Source: Flavobacteriaceae bacterium
GTDB taxonomy: Bacteria > Bacteroidota > Bacteroidia > Flavobacteriales > Flavobacteriaceae
Length of the DNA: 64,000 nt
Direction of reading: 5' to 3'
Assembly: GCA_023558315.1 (NCBI GenBank)
Contig: JAMJVX010000001.1
Coordinates: 1,063 to 65,062 of the forward strand
Position 1 is the first letter of the stretch, and each line of letters begins with the position of its first letter. This document shows, piece after piece, positions 22,487-32,173 of this stretch. The position numbers were made by a program, and so were the translations under genes. The notes below the pieces were generated by a model. That model was not told the DNA's origin and did not search any database. It was given only the letters and a program-made list of their open reading frames with translations.

Positions 22487-23808
22487 ACTTTTAATTTTTC
22501 TAAACTTTCTCTACTTCCAATATCTTTTCTATATTCTAATTTCCCTTTGAAATATTTTTCAATAGCTTTGTTTATTTTAATAGATGCTTCATCTGTATTC
22601 TCTCCAAGTGCTATCAAAGCTAATACTCTTGATGATTTTAATGTATTATATTTATTATTAGAATCCTTAACGCAAGAAGCAAATATTACACCTAAACCTT
22701 CATCTTCTATAGCCTTTGTATCTATCTCAAAAGTAATGACGTCTGGACTTGCAAAAGGATATTCTTTAGCTACTAAATACTTAACAACACTGGCTTTATT
22801 AACATACGTAATTTCAGTATTACTTAACTTTCCTTCATATAGACTTATCAATAACTCTGAAAATGAGGTTTTTAAAACAGTTAAAACGTTTAAAGATTCT
22901 GGATCTCCAAACCTACTATTAAATTCCATAAACTGAATTCCATTTTCAGTTTTAAAGAATCCTCCATTTAATACACCATTAAATTTTATCCCTGAAGCTC
23001 CCATCTCATCTATAACTCGTTGCATAATAATTTCACAACTCCTCCAATCTTCATCTGTTAAAAAAGGTAATTTTTTATCTCCTACAGTAAAGCAACCCAT
23101 TCCCCCTGTACCTGGTCCTTCATCATTTTCAAGTCTATAAGGGTAATCATATGTTGCAGGCATTAAACTGATGTTTTTCCCATCTGTGAGCCCCATTATT
23201 GTAAACTCTATTCCTTTTAGCTTTTCCACTAAAAGCACTTTTTCATCACTTTTTTGATCTAATAATTCTTTACCATATTCATAACATTCTTGATAATTTT
23301 TTAGATGTATAGGCATTACTTTTACACCTTTCCCACCCGTAAGTCCTTGGGGTTTGATTACCACTTCAATACTTTTAGATTTAAACTCTTCAAGTCCATT
23401 TTTTAATTCTTCTTCATTAGAAATTACTTTATAAAACGGCGTATATTCTGGGCAAATTTTTTGCATGAGCGATATACTGTATATTTTATCCCATTCTATC
23501 TGTGTAGCCTTTTTTGTGCCTCCTATTGCTTTGATATTATTTTCTAATAAAACATCTACCACTCCATTTGCCAAAGGTTGATCTGAGTTTACAAATACAT
23601 AATCTATAGTGCATATTTTTGCGAAATCTAAAACTTCTTTTGGATTATTTGGGTTTCCAATTAAATAAGCCCCTCCGGTATTTTCAACACATTCAATAAT
23701 AGTAGGATTCTCATGACTCATAATTGCATATACTGCAGCGTCTCTCATTAAACACTTAGCAAAAACACTTTCTCTACCTCCGTTTCCAACAATTAAAAAT
23801 TTTTTCAT
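22483..23808 (-). CDS. divergent phosphoribosylamine-glycine ligase-like ATP-grasp enzyme
   Basis: MKKFLIVGNGGRES (PurD N-domain), ATP-grasp core VVIKPQGLTGGKGVKV, GPGTGGMGCF, and MEFNSRFGDPES. The start is moved to the ATG at 23808, which removes the overlap with the upstream gene. Confidence 0.6.
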   Translation of the reverse strand: MKKFLIVGNGGRESVFAKCLMRDAAVYAIMSHENPTIIECVENTGGAYLIGNPNNPKEVLDFAKICTIDYVFVNSDQPLANGVVDVLLENNIKAIGGTKKATQIEWDKIYSISLMQKICPEYTPFYKVISNEEELKNGLEEFKSKSIEVVIKPQGLTGGKGVKVMPIHLKNYQECYEYGKELLDQKSDEKVLLVEKLKGIEFTIMGLTDGKNISLMPATYDYPYRLENDEGPGTGGMGCFTVGDKKLPFLTDEDWRSCEIIMQRVIDEMGASGIKFNGVLNGGFFKTENGIQFMEFNSRFGDPESLNVLTVLKTSFSELLISLYEGKLSNTEITYVNKASVVKYLVAKEYPFASPDVITFEIDTKAIEDEGLGVIFASCVKDSNNKYNTLKSSRVLALIALGENTDEASIKINKAIEKYFKGKLEYRKDIGSRESLEKLKV

Positions 23809-23818
23809 TTTATATATT

Positions 23819-25216
23819 TTATTTACGTTTCCATTCGTTTTTAAGGTCACATTTCTTTGCCTCTCTACTTAAACTAATATAAGTGCTTTCAATATTATTA
23901 TTTATCCAATCGTAAATACTATTTAATTGTTTTTCTTTTAATGCTAAATCTTTAATTTTCAAATAATCTTTCTCATAACTAGCAACATGTGAATTATATC
24001 TTTTATTAATTTTTATGATTTTATATTTTTTTTGCCCTGAAGGTTCTATTTCTAAAATAGGTAATGAAATTTCATCGTTCTTTAAATTAAAAATTTGTTT
24101 ATATAAGGTCGGATCCATATTTGTTAATTCAAATCTCTTATCTCCCGTTACAGGATTTATTAAAACTCCACCATTATTTTTACTTACCTTCTCATCTGAA
24201 TATAATATAGCAGCATTCTCAAAATCAATTTTTTCTTCTAAAATATTATTTCTAATACTGTCTAACTTACTTCTACTTTTAATTAATTCATCATTGTTTA
24301 CCTCTGGAATCAAAAGAATATGTCTTACATCTATATTTTGACCTAAAATTTTATCTACTTGAATAATATGCCATCCAAATTCTGTTTCAAATGGCTCTGA
24401 CACTTCTCCTTCCTCTAAACTAAATGCAACTTCTCTAAATTCTTTTACCATTCTTGGTTGTTTCCTATTTAAAGTATATTTACCCCCAGAAGCACGAGAT
24501 CCTGGATCTTGAGAATATAAAATAGCTTTAGAGGCAAAACTCTGACCTTGCTCTAAAACATCTTCTCTAAATTTGTTTAATTGATTAAATACCCTCTTTA
24601 TTTCTTCTTCATTGGGTTGGGGTTTTATAACTATTTGTGAAATCTCAACTTCATCACCAAATATTGGTAAATCACTCGTAGGGATTCCTTCAAAAAAATT
24701 CTTAACCTCTTCTGGTGTAACTTCTATATTTTCAACAATATCTAACTGTTTCAACTGAGACAACTGTTTTGTTTTTAATATTTCAAAAAGTTGATTTCTA
24801 AAAACAGAATAATCTTCTTGTCCATAAAATTCAAGTACTTTTTCAATACTACCAAGCTGTTGCTTAAAATAATCAATATTATTATCAACTTGACTATAAA
24901 TTTCACCTTCACTATATTCTAAACTATCTTGAATTGCATGATGAGCATACAATTTTTCCTCCATTAAGTTTTCTAATATTTCACATCTTGAAAAAGAAGC
25001 AGAGTTATCTTTTGATTTAAGTTCTAATAGTGTCTTATCGATGTCAGAATCTAAGATTACATAGTTTCCTATCACTGCTAAAATTCCATCAATCTTTATT
25101 CTATTAATACTATCTCTAACTTTTACATTTGCAAATGAATTTGCACTAATTATTATAATTAATAAAGTAAATATCTTATTTTTTATATATCTCAAAATTT
25201 CCTGTTTTAATTGCAT
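23819..25216 (-). CDS. SurA-like periplasmic chaperone / parvulin-type peptidyl-prolyl isomerase
   Basis: Signal peptide, then a parvulin motif FSLEEGEVSEPFETEFGWHIIQVDK and a second rotamase-like region. Confidence 0.75.
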   Translation of the reverse strand: MQLKQEILRYIKNKIFTLLIIIISANSFANVKVRDSINRIKIDGILAVIGNYVILDSDIDKTLLELKSKDNSASFSRCEILENLMEEKLYAHHAIQDSLEYSEGEIYSQVDNNIDYFKQQLGSIEKVLEFYGQEDYSVFRNQLFEILKTKQLSQLKQLDIVENIEVTPEEVKNFFEGIPTSDLPIFGDEVEISQIVIKPQPNEEEIKRVFNQLNKFREDVLEQGQSFASKAILYSQDPGSRASGGKYTLNRKQPRMVKEFREVAFSLEEGEVSEPFETEFGWHIIQVDKILGQNIDVRHILLIPEVNNDELIKSRSKLDSIRNNILEEKIDFENAAILYSDEKVSKNNGGVLINPVTGDKRFELTNMDPTLYKQIFNLKNDEISLPILEIEPSGQKKYKIIKINKRYNSHVASYEKDYLKIKDLALKEKQLNSIYDWINNNIESTYISLSREAKKCDLKNEWKRK

Positions 25217-26018
25217 CTTGTACTATTGTTTTATCGAACTCTTTTAAATAATCAATTTTTCTTTTATTTAAAATAATATTCTTAATTGACCCTTTTATTA
25301 AGTCAAAAGGAGCTGTTTCGCCTTGTTTCAAATAATCTTTCATAAATATTAAATAGGTGTACATATCATCTTCAATTTTTAAAAATTTATTTTTTGACAT
25401 ATATACTCTAGGGTTATAAGATTCAAGTTTAGGGATTTTTTGAAATAATTCTAACTCCTTAATCCATAAAGAATCTTTAAAATCATAGGAATAATATTGA
25501 AACGACAAAGAGTCTAAATATATTTTATTTATTTCATCGAACTTCCTAAAATTCCTAGTCAAGGTCTTAATATTCTTGTAATTTAAGGGTAGTTTTATAT
25601 ATCTAAGCTTAAAGAGATTTATGTTTGATTTGAAATTTTGAGTATTATTTTGATAATATTCATACATTTCTTCTTCTTGAATCAAAGTATCTATATTTTT
25701 CTTTACTATTTTTTCTTTATAAAAATTATTAAATAAATCATAATTATATGACTCTATTAACTTAAATAATTCTTCTTTTTTATCGTCACTAATACTATTT
25801 ATTGCTTTTTGATATAATAGCACTTCCCTTGCCCAATTTTGAATATATTGATTTACTTTTAAAATACTATCTTGAGAAGATTTGGTGTTGAAATTTATAT
25901 CTTTAATATCTGAATAATATAAATTTTTATCTAACACACGTGCTATAACATCAGTTTCCTTCTTTGATTTGCATCCTAAAAATAAAATAATAATAAATGA
26001 ATAATATAAAAATTTCAT
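25176..26018 (-). CDS. hypothetical lipoprotein (chaperone-operon member)
   Basis: Lipobox FLGC. It is co-directional with the SurA-like gene and overlaps it by 41 nt. I recognise no catalytic motif. Confidence 0.45.
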   Translation of the reverse strand: MKFLYYSFIIILFLGCKSKKETDVIARVLDKNLYYSDIKDINFNTKSSQDSILKVNQYIQNWAREVLLYQKAINSISDDKKEELFKLIESYNYDLFNNFYKEKIVKKNIDTLIQEEEMYEYYQNNTQNFKSNINLFKLRYIKLPLNYKNIKTLTRNFRKFDEINKIYLDSLSFQYYSYDFKDSLWIKELELFQKIPKLESYNPRVYMSKNKFLKIEDDMYTYLIFMKDYLKQGETAPFDLIKGSIKNIILNKRKIDYLKEFDKTIVQDAIKTGNFEIYKK

Positions 26019-26049
26019 GTAAAACTCCCGTTTTTTATATAGATAAATG

Positions 26050-26057
26050 TATTTTTG
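26050..26057 (+). promoter_or_regulatory. -7 box TATTTTTG
   Basis: Exact TAnnTTTG match 16 nt upstream of the TTG start at 26074. Confidence 0.35.
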
Positions 26058-26058
26058 G

Positions 26059-26066
26059 CAAAAATA
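26059..26066 (-). promoter_or_regulatory. -7 box (TATTTTTG on the minus strand)
   Basis: Exact TAnnTTTG match 41 nt upstream of the ATG at 26018. With 26050..26057 it forms the near-palindrome TATTTTTGGCAAAAATA. Confidence 0.35.
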
Positions 26067-26073
26067 AATTTTT

Positions 26074-26397
26074 TTGAGTAAAATAAACTTAATATTTGTT
26101 TTATTTTGTCTGTGCTTTTATTCTTTTTCAAATGTTAAAACATTTACAGACAAAAGTGGTTCACAAGACACTTATAATGTCTATTTTTTAGACAATGTCC
26201 TTGTTGTTGAAGGAATAGAACCATTTCAAAAAATAGAGATATTTAGCATAATTGGTAACAAGGTGTTTACCATTTCTAAAAAGAGTTCTCTTCAAAAAAA
26301 ATATAACTTTAATATCCCTAATTTAAAGAAAAGTCAAATATATATAATTGTTATTTATCAAAAAAATAAAGTAACTACATATAAAATTGCAGCTTAG
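26074..26397 (+). CDS. small secreted protein, possibly only a T9SS-type C-terminal sorting domain
   Basis: 107 aa with a TTG start and a signal peptide. The beta-rich tail VLVVEGIEPFQKIEIFSIIGNKV...IYIIVIYQKNKVTTYKI resembles Por secretion tails. Confidence 0.35.
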   Translation: MSKINLIFVLFCLCFYSFSNVKTFTDKSGSQDTYNVYFLDNVLVVEGIEPFQKIEIFSIIGNKVFTISKKSSLQKKYNFNIPNLKKSQIYIIVIYQKNKVTTYKIAA

Positions 26398-26401
26398 ATT
26401 A

Positions 26402-27874
26402 TTATCTACTGCTATAATTTGGCGCTTCTTTTGTTATTTGTATATTATGTGGATGACTTTCAGATCTTCCTGCGGGTGTTATAATTATAAATTTTCTTTT
26501 CTCTTTTAATTCTTTAATATTTTTAGAACCACAATAACCCATCCCTGATTTAAGTCCTCCTGTAAATTGTTGAATACTCTCTTGGAGTTCCCCTTTATAA
26601 GGCACCCTACCTACAATTCCTTCTGGAACAAGCTTTTTATTATCATTGTTTTCTTGAAAGTATCTATCTTTACTCCCTTTTTGCATTGCTTCCAATGATC
26701 CCATTCCCCTGTAGGTTTTAAATCTTCTTCCTTCATATATAACTGTTTCACCCGGAGATTCTTTTGTTCCAGCTAACATCGAACCCAACATAACTGAATC
26801 TGCACCTGCTGCAATCGCTTTAGTAATATCTCCAGTATATTTAATTCCTCCATCTGCAATTAATGGTACATCTGTGGTGCTACAAATTTTTGCAACTTCA
26901 ACTATTGCTGATAGTTGAGGGTATCCTACACCTGCTATAACTCTAGTAGTACATATTGAACCCGGGCCAATACCAACCTTAACCGCATCTGCTCCTAAAT
27001 CAATTAGATACTTTGCGGCTTCGGATGTAACAATATTTCCTACAATAACATCAATTGATGAAAAACTTTTCTTTAAATTTTTTAACACATCTCCTACTCC
27101 TTTAGAATGCGCATGTGCTGTATCAATAAATAAACAATCTACTTCCGCTTTTATTAAACCCTCCGCTCTTTCTAAAAAATCTTTTGTAACACCAATAGTT
27201 GCTCCAACTCTTAATCTACCATATGTGTCTTTATTAGAAACAGGTTTTGTGTTTTGTTTAATAATATCTCTAAATGTAATTAAACCAATAAGTTTGTCAT
27301 CTTTATCTATAATTGGTAACTTTTCAATTTTATATTTCTCAAGAATTTTTTCTGCGGCTGTGAGCGAAATACCTTTTTCAGCAGTAATAAGTTTTGATCT
27401 AGGAGTCATTAAATCAATTATATTCCTCTCATTATTTTTCTCAAAACGTAAATCTCTATTCGTTACTACTCCTTTAATATTTTTATTTTTGTCAACAATA
27501 GGAATTCCGCCAATACTGTGTTTTTGCATTACTTTTTTGGCATCAATTACCTTAGCATTTTCCTCTAATACAATAGGGTCTAATATCATACCTGATTCAG
27601 ACCTTTTAACTCTTCTTACTTCTTCTATTTGTTTTTTGATGGACATGTTTTTGTGCAACACCCCTATTCCTCCTTCTTGTGCCATAGCTATAGCCATACT
27701 ACTTTCCGTAACAGTATCCATTGCTGCTGAAATTATTGGAATGTTTAATGAAATGTTTCTAGATAATCTACTAGAAATATCTATTTTATTAGGAGTTATT
27801 TCAGAGTAATTTGGGCATAACAGCACATCATCGTATGTATAGCCATTAGAAAAAAGTTTTGAAGTATTGTCCAT
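26402..27874 (-). CDS. guaB: IMP dehydrogenase
   Basis: YTYDDVLL, a CBS pair, the catalytic loop [11 protein letters not shown], and [18 protein letters not shown] prefer the ATG at 27874 because the upstream GTG is covered by a -7 box. Confidence 0.92.
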   Translation of the reverse strand: MDNTSKLFSNGYTYDDVLLCPNYSEITPNKIDISSRLSRNISLNIPIISAAMDTVTESSMAIAMAQEGGIGVLHKNMSIKKQIEEVRRVKRSESGMILDPIVLEENAKVIDAKKVMQKHSIGGIPIVDKNKNIKGVVTNRDLRFEKNNERNIIDLMTPRSKLITAEKGISLTAAEKILEKYKIEKLPIIDKDDKLIGLITFRDIIKQNTKPVSNKDTYGRLRVGATIGVTKDFLERAEGLIKAEVDCLFIDTAHAHSKGVGDVLKNLKKSFSSIDVIVGNIVTSEAAKYLIDLGADAVKVGIGPGSICTTRVIAGVGYPQLSAIVEVAKICSTTDVPLIADGGIKYTGDITKAIAAGADSVMLGSMLAGTKESPGETVIYEGRRFKTYRGMGSLEAMQKGSKDRYFQENNDNKKLVPEGIVGRVPYKGELQESIQQFTGGLKSGMGYCGSKNIKELKEKRKFIIITPAGRSESHPHNIQITKEAPNYSSR

Positions 27875-27894
27875 GTTTTTTTGATAAAATTTCA

Positions 27895-27902
27895 CAAAGA
27901 TA
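27895..27902 (-). promoter_or_regulatory. -7 box (TATCTTTG on the minus strand) for guaB
   Basis: Exact TAnnTTTG match 21 nt upstream of the ATG at 27874. Confidence 0.4.
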
Positions 27903-27991
27903 ATTATTTATTATAATTAAATTATACTTATAGAGGTTGAATGCTAACTTTATCATTTTATTTTACCTAAGTAGGATACTTCAATTTAAGT

Positions 27992-28029
27992 AAAAAAAAA
28001 GGGAACATTTAATTAAAAACATTCCCTTG
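27992..28029 (-). terminator. rho-independent terminator after the SOD gene
   Basis: Minus-strand hairpin AAGGGAA...TTCCCTT (7 bp plus 3 further A-T pairs) followed by a run of nine T. Confidence 0.55.
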
Positions 28030-28051
28030 ATATTATAATAGTAAACTTTTA

Positions 28052-28660
28052 TTAGCTATTTGCTTGATAAAGTTCATTTACTTTTTCCCAATTAATAATA
28101 TTAAAAAAAGCATTTATGTAGTCAGGTCTTCTATTTTGATAATTTAGATAATAGGCGTGTTCCCAAACGTCTAATCCTAATATTGGGGTACCGCCACATC
28201 CTATATTTGGCATTAAAGGATTGTCTTGGTTTGGAGTAGCACAAATTGCAATATCTCCATTTGACTTGACACATAGCCATGCCCAGCCCGAACCAAATTG
28301 TGTAGCTGCTGCTTGACTAAATTTTTCTTTAAAATTTTCAAAAGAGCCAAAAGTTAAATTTATTTTTTCTTCAATTGCTCCAACAGGATTTTTAGAAGAT
28401 TTAGGGGTTAATATCTCCCAAAACAATTTGTGATTATAATACCCACCTCCGTTATTTCTCAAAGCTGCATTTGACATATCAAAGCCCTTCAATATTTCTT
28501 CAATAGATTTGTTTTCTAGAGAAGTCCCCTCAATAGCTTTATTCAAATTAGTGGTATATGCGTTATGATGTTTTGAATGATGAATCTCCATCGTTTTAGC
28601 ATCTATATATGGTGATAAAGAATCGTAACTATATGGGATTTTTGGTAATGTAAAAGTCAT
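28052..28660 (-). CDS. Fe/Mn superoxide dismutase
   Basis: [25 protein letters not shown] and [18 protein letters not shown]. Confidence 0.9.
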   Translation of the reverse strand: MTFTLPKIPYSYDSLSPYIDAKTMEIHHSKHHNAYTTNLNKAIEGTSLENKSIEEILKGFDMSNAALRNNGGGYYNHKLFWEILTPKSSKNPVGAIEEKINLTFGSFENFKEKFSQAAATQFGSGWAWLCVKSNGDIAICATPNQDNPLMPNIGCGGTPILGLDVWEHAYYLNYQNRRPDYINAFFNIINWEKVNELYQANS

Positions 28661-28685
28661 AATTTATTTTATTTTTATTTATGTG

Positions 28686-28693
28686 CAAATGTA
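28686..28693 (-). promoter_or_regulatory. -7 box (TACATTTG on the minus strand) for SOD
   Basis: Exact TAnnTTTG match 26 nt upstream of the ATG at 28660. Confidence 0.4.
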
Positions 28694-28770
28694 AAATTAT
28701 ATTGAGATTAAAGTTCAAAAAAATATAAAAAAAATAAACAAAACAACATTTATATTTATTAAGTATTATC

Positions 28771-28778
28771 TACTTTTG
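28771..28778 (+). promoter_or_regulatory. -7 box TACTTTTG for the transketolase genes
   Basis: Exact TAnnTTTG match 25 nt upstream of the ATG at 28804. Confidence 0.4.
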
Positions 28779-28803
28779 TGCGCATAATCTAATTATCCCA
28801 TTT

Positions 28804-29649
28804 ATGTCTGATATTTCTTTCCTAAGTCAACTTGTAACTCAAAGCCGTAGAGATATTTTACGAATGGTTCATAAAGCAAAATCAGGACATCCAGGGGGTT
28901 CCTTGGGATGTGTTGAGTTTTTTATCGCTTTATATTATACCGCCTTAGAAATAGATGATAAATTCTCTTTAGATGGAATAAATGAAGATGTTTTCTTTTT
29001 ATCGAATGGGCATATTTCCCCAGTATTTTATAGTGTTCTTGCTCGAAAAGGATTTTTTCCAGTATACGAATTAAATACTTTTAGAAATATTAATTCTAGA
29101 TTACAAGGACATCCTTCTGTACAAAAATCATTGCCCGGTGTAAGAGTAGCAAGTGGTTCTTTAGGTCAAGGGCTTTCTGTAGCTGTTGGGGCTGCGCTAG
29201 CAAAAAAACTGAATAATGATTCTAAAATTTCATACGCGCTTTTAGGGGATGGTGAATTACAAGAAGGACAAAATTGGGAGGCCTTCATGTATGCAGGAAG
29301 CAATAATTTGGATAACCTAATTGTTACAATTGATTTAAATGGGCAACAAATTGATGGATCAACAAAAGATGTGTTATCATTAGGTGACATAGAAGCTAAA
29401 TTAAAAGCATTTGATTGGGAGGTAATTGTAGAAAAAGAAGGAAATAATTTAGAAAAAGTCATTTCTGTTTTAAAGTTGGCAAAAACAATGACAAAAAACA
29501 AAAAACCAATATGTATTCTACTGCACACAATAATGGGTAATGGTGTAGATTTCATGATGCATACACACGATTGGCATGGAATTGCGCCAAATGATGAACA
29601 ATTAGACCTTGCTTTGTCGCAAAACCCTGAAACATTAAAAGATTTTTAA
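28804..29649 (+). CDS. transketolase, N-terminal (TPP-binding) subunit
   Basis: SGHPGGSLG, and the TPP motif LLGDGELQEGQNWEAFMYAG. 281 aa. Confidence 0.85.
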   Translation: MSDISFLSQLVTQSRRDILRMVHKAKSGHPGGSLGCVEFFIALYYTALEIDDKFSLDGINEDVFFLSNGHISPVFYSVLARKGFFPVYELNTFRNINSRLQGHPSVQKSLPGVRVASGSLGQGLSVAVGAALAKKLNNDSKISYALLGDGELQEGQNWEAFMYAGSNNLDNLIVTIDLNGQQIDGSTKDVLSLGDIEAKLKAFDWEVIVEKEGNNLEKVISVLKLAKTMTKNKKPICILLHTIMGNGVDFMMHTHDWHGIAPNDEQLDLALSQNPETLKDF

Positions 29650-29656
29650 ATACTAA

Positions 29657-30610
29657 ATGAACTATATTAATCAAGGAGAAAAAGACACAAGATCTGGCTT
29701 TGGAGATGCATTATTATTTTTAGGGAAAACTAATCCTAATGTAGTTGGTCTTTGTGCAGATTTAACAGGATCTTTAAAAATGAATGCGTTTAAAAAAGAA
29801 TTTCCTGATCGATTTTTTCAAATAGGGATTGCTGAAGCTAATATGATGGGAATAGCTGCTGGTCTAACTATAGGAGGCAAAATTCCCTTTACTGGTACTT
29901 TTGCCAATTTTTCAACAGGACGTGTTTATGATCAAATAAGACAATCAATAGCCTATTCAAATAAAAATGTAAAAATTTGTGCTTCGCATGCTGGATTAAC
30001 ATTGGGAGAAGATGGAGCTACACATCAAATTTTAGAAGATATAGGATTAATGAAAATGCTTCCAGGAATGGTGGTAATAAATCCTTGTGATTACAATCAA
30101 ACGAAAGCAGCTACAATTGCAATTGCATCTCATGAAGGGCCTGTGTATTTACGATTTGGAAGACCTAAAGTGCCAAACTTCACACCTGAAAACCAATCAT
30201 TTAAAATTGGTGAAGCGATTGTCTTAAAGGAAGGAAGCGATGTCACTATTGCTGCTACAGGTCACTTAGTTTGGGAAGCATTAGAAGCAGCGAAAACATT
30301 AGAAAATGAAAATATCTCTGTGGAAATTATAAATGTACATACCATTAAACCCTTAGATGAAAAGACTATTCTTAAATCAGTTCACAAAACTAAATGCATA
30401 GTAAGCGCTGAAGAACACAATTATTTAGGCGGATTAGGTGAGAGCATTGCAAGAGTAATAACTCAAAACTATCCCTGTCCACAGGAATTTATTGCTACAA
30501 ACGATACTTTTGGAGAATCTGGGAAACCTCATGAATTAATGGATAAATATCAACTTAATAGTGTTGCAATATGCAATTCAGTAAGAAAGGTTTTAAAAAG
30601 AAAATCTTGA
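29657..30610 (+). CDS. transketolase, C-terminal (pyrimidine-binding) subunit
   Basis: FQIGIAEANMMGIAAGL and HAGLTLGEDGATHQ. It starts 7 nt after the N-terminal subunit gene. Confidence 0.85.
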   Translation: MNYINQGEKDTRSGFGDALLFLGKTNPNVVGLCADLTGSLKMNAFKKEFPDRFFQIGIAEANMMGIAAGLTIGGKIPFTGTFANFSTGRVYDQIRQSIAYSNKNVKICASHAGLTLGEDGATHQILEDIGLMKMLPGMVVINPCDYNQTKAATIAIASHEGPVYLRFGRPKVPNFTPENQSFKIGEAIVLKEGSDVTIAATGHLVWEALEAAKTLENENISVEIINVHTIKPLDEKTILKSVHKTKCIVSAEEHNYLGGLGESIARVITQNYPCPQEFIATNDTFGESGKPHELMDKYQLNSVAICNSVRKVLKRKS

Positions 30611-30614
30611 TAAA

Positions 30615-31262
30615 ATGAAAAGATTCCCTCTTTTTTTCCTTTTTATTTATTTTTGTTGTCAATTATGTTTATCACAAGTTAATTTTGGCTTAAAAGCAGG
30701 AGTTAATATCCCATCTACTGAGATTGATTTTCAAAATATTAATATTGAAAATATAAAAAAGTCTCCCTCTTTAGGGTATCTTGGTGGGGTGTTTCTTGAT
30801 ATAAACTTCACTAAAATAGGATTACTTACTGAAATACTATACACTGATTCAAAAGGAAATATTGAATTTGATTTAAATAACAATAATTTTACAACAGAAC
30901 ATATAATTAAAAAATTAGATGTGCCAGTTTTAGTAAAATATAACCTACTATCTAAGTTCTTATCTATAAATGCAGGTCCCATGCTTAAGTTTAATCTTAA
31001 TGAAGAATTTATCAATTTGCCTACATTTGATATTAATACTGTATTTAACAATCAAATAAGTTTAGGGTATCAATTAGGTGTTAGAGCAAAAATTGTAAAC
31101 TTTGCTATAGAAATACGTTATGAAAGCAGCTTTGGAAATAAAACTTCTGAAATTCTTGTAAAAGAAATAAATAATGCTACTAATTTAAACATTGGTGATA
31201 AATTATTTAAAATTAAGCACCCAAACCTACTTAGTTTCGCTGTTGCTTTTGATATTTTTTAA
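30615..31262 (+). CDS. outer-membrane beta-barrel (porin/PorT-like) protein
   Basis: Signal peptide, FGLKAGVN start and a C-terminal aromatic residue (AFDIF). Confidence 0.5.
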   Translation: MKRFPLFFLFIYFCCQLCLSQVNFGLKAGVNIPSTEIDFQNINIENIKKSPSLGYLGGVFLDINFTKIGLLTEILYTDSKGNIEFDLNNNNFTTEHIIKKLDVPVLVKYNLLSKFLSINAGPMLKFNLNEEFINLPTFDINTVFNNQISLGYQLGVRAKIVNFAIEIRYESSFGNKTSEILVKEINNATNLNIGDKLFKIKHPNLLSFAVAFDIF

Positions 31263-31276
31263 TGCTTTTAAATTAT

Positions 31277-32173
31277 CTAATTATTATTGTTTTCTAAATA
31301 ATCTAAGACCCCGTTATTATCCGCATCTGTTAATTCCATTGAGGTGAGAATTCCATCATTATCGTCATCAATATCTAAATAATTAAAAACGCCATCTCCA
31401 TCTGTGTCATCAGTAAAAATCTTATCCCCATTAACATCTTCTTTAATAGAAGGCACTCCATCACTATCGTGGTCAGTGTCAGGTACATACGTATATAAAT
31501 TGATAATAAATACTAATGGTGAATAGGCTGGTATATTTGAAAAAGACCTTTGAAAATACGCTAAATTAGATGGCATAATAAAAATACCTCTACCAAAATC
31601 TGTAAAAGTTACAGAACCATCCGCGTTATCTTGTATATTTCCTCTCCCTATTAAAGGTAATGATTCTCTAAATCCTCTTACCGTACCTAATGCATTAAGC
31701 CAAACATTGCTTGAAGATTCATCAAATTGGGTTCTATTTAATAACACTCCTTTGTAGGAAGCATACACTGAATCAGCTACTGTAGGGGCTACAGGTTTTC
31801 CATTAATACTATCAGTAGCAATATTCTTACTGAAAACCCGTACATAATATAGTTTATGGTCTATCATTTCTCCGTTACTTTCAATGGGGATTGTCACTAC
31901 GCCTCCATTTTTGTTTGTAAAAATTTGGTCGTATAGTGATGTTTTAGAACTTGCATCCGCATCTATAGTATCAATAGAAATTGTCGCAGTATTGTTGCTT
32001 CCATCAGATGAAAAATCCTCATTATTATAATAATGACTTTTTAAATAAGCTATTATAGCTTCATCATCATTCATTGCTTGTTCCTTAACATCTCTTAAAT
32101 CTTCTACAGGATTAGGTTTAGTGCAATAAAATATTAATATAGCCGTGAAAAGTAATAAAAAGAATCTCATCAA
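31277..32173 (-). CDS. lipoprotein with weak FKBP-like region and C-terminal Asp-rich calcium-binding (thrombospondin type 3-like) repeats
   Basis: Lipobox IFYC; YASYKGVLLNRTQFDESS...VRGFRESL...IFIMPSNLAY; C-terminal DTDHDSDGVPS, DDTDGDGVFNYLDIDDDNDGI, DADNNGVLDYLE. Confidence 0.4.
   Translation of the reverse strand: MMRFFLLLFTAILIFYCTKPNPVEDLRDVKEQAMNDDEAIIAYLKSHYYNNEDFSSDGSNNTATISIDTIDADASSKTSLYDQIFTNKNGGVVTIPIESNGEMIDHKLYYVRVFSKNIATDSINGKPVAPTVADSVYASYKGVLLNRTQFDESSSNVWLNALGTVRGFRESLPLIGRGNIQDNADGSVTFTDFGRGIFIMPSNLAYFQRSFSNIPAYSPLVFIINLYTYVPDTDHDSDGVPSIKEDVNGDKIFTDDTDGDGVFNYLDIDDDNDGILTSMELTDADNNGVLDYLENNNN

Noticed and set aside
28804-30610. Transketolase split into two ORFs. I considered a frameshifted pseudogene.
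   Set aside because: Both halves are full-length for the known two-subunit transketolase form (an N-terminal TPP-binding subunit and a C-terminal pyrimidine-binding subunit). Each has its own ATG, a 7-nt spacer separates them, and neither frame is disrupted.
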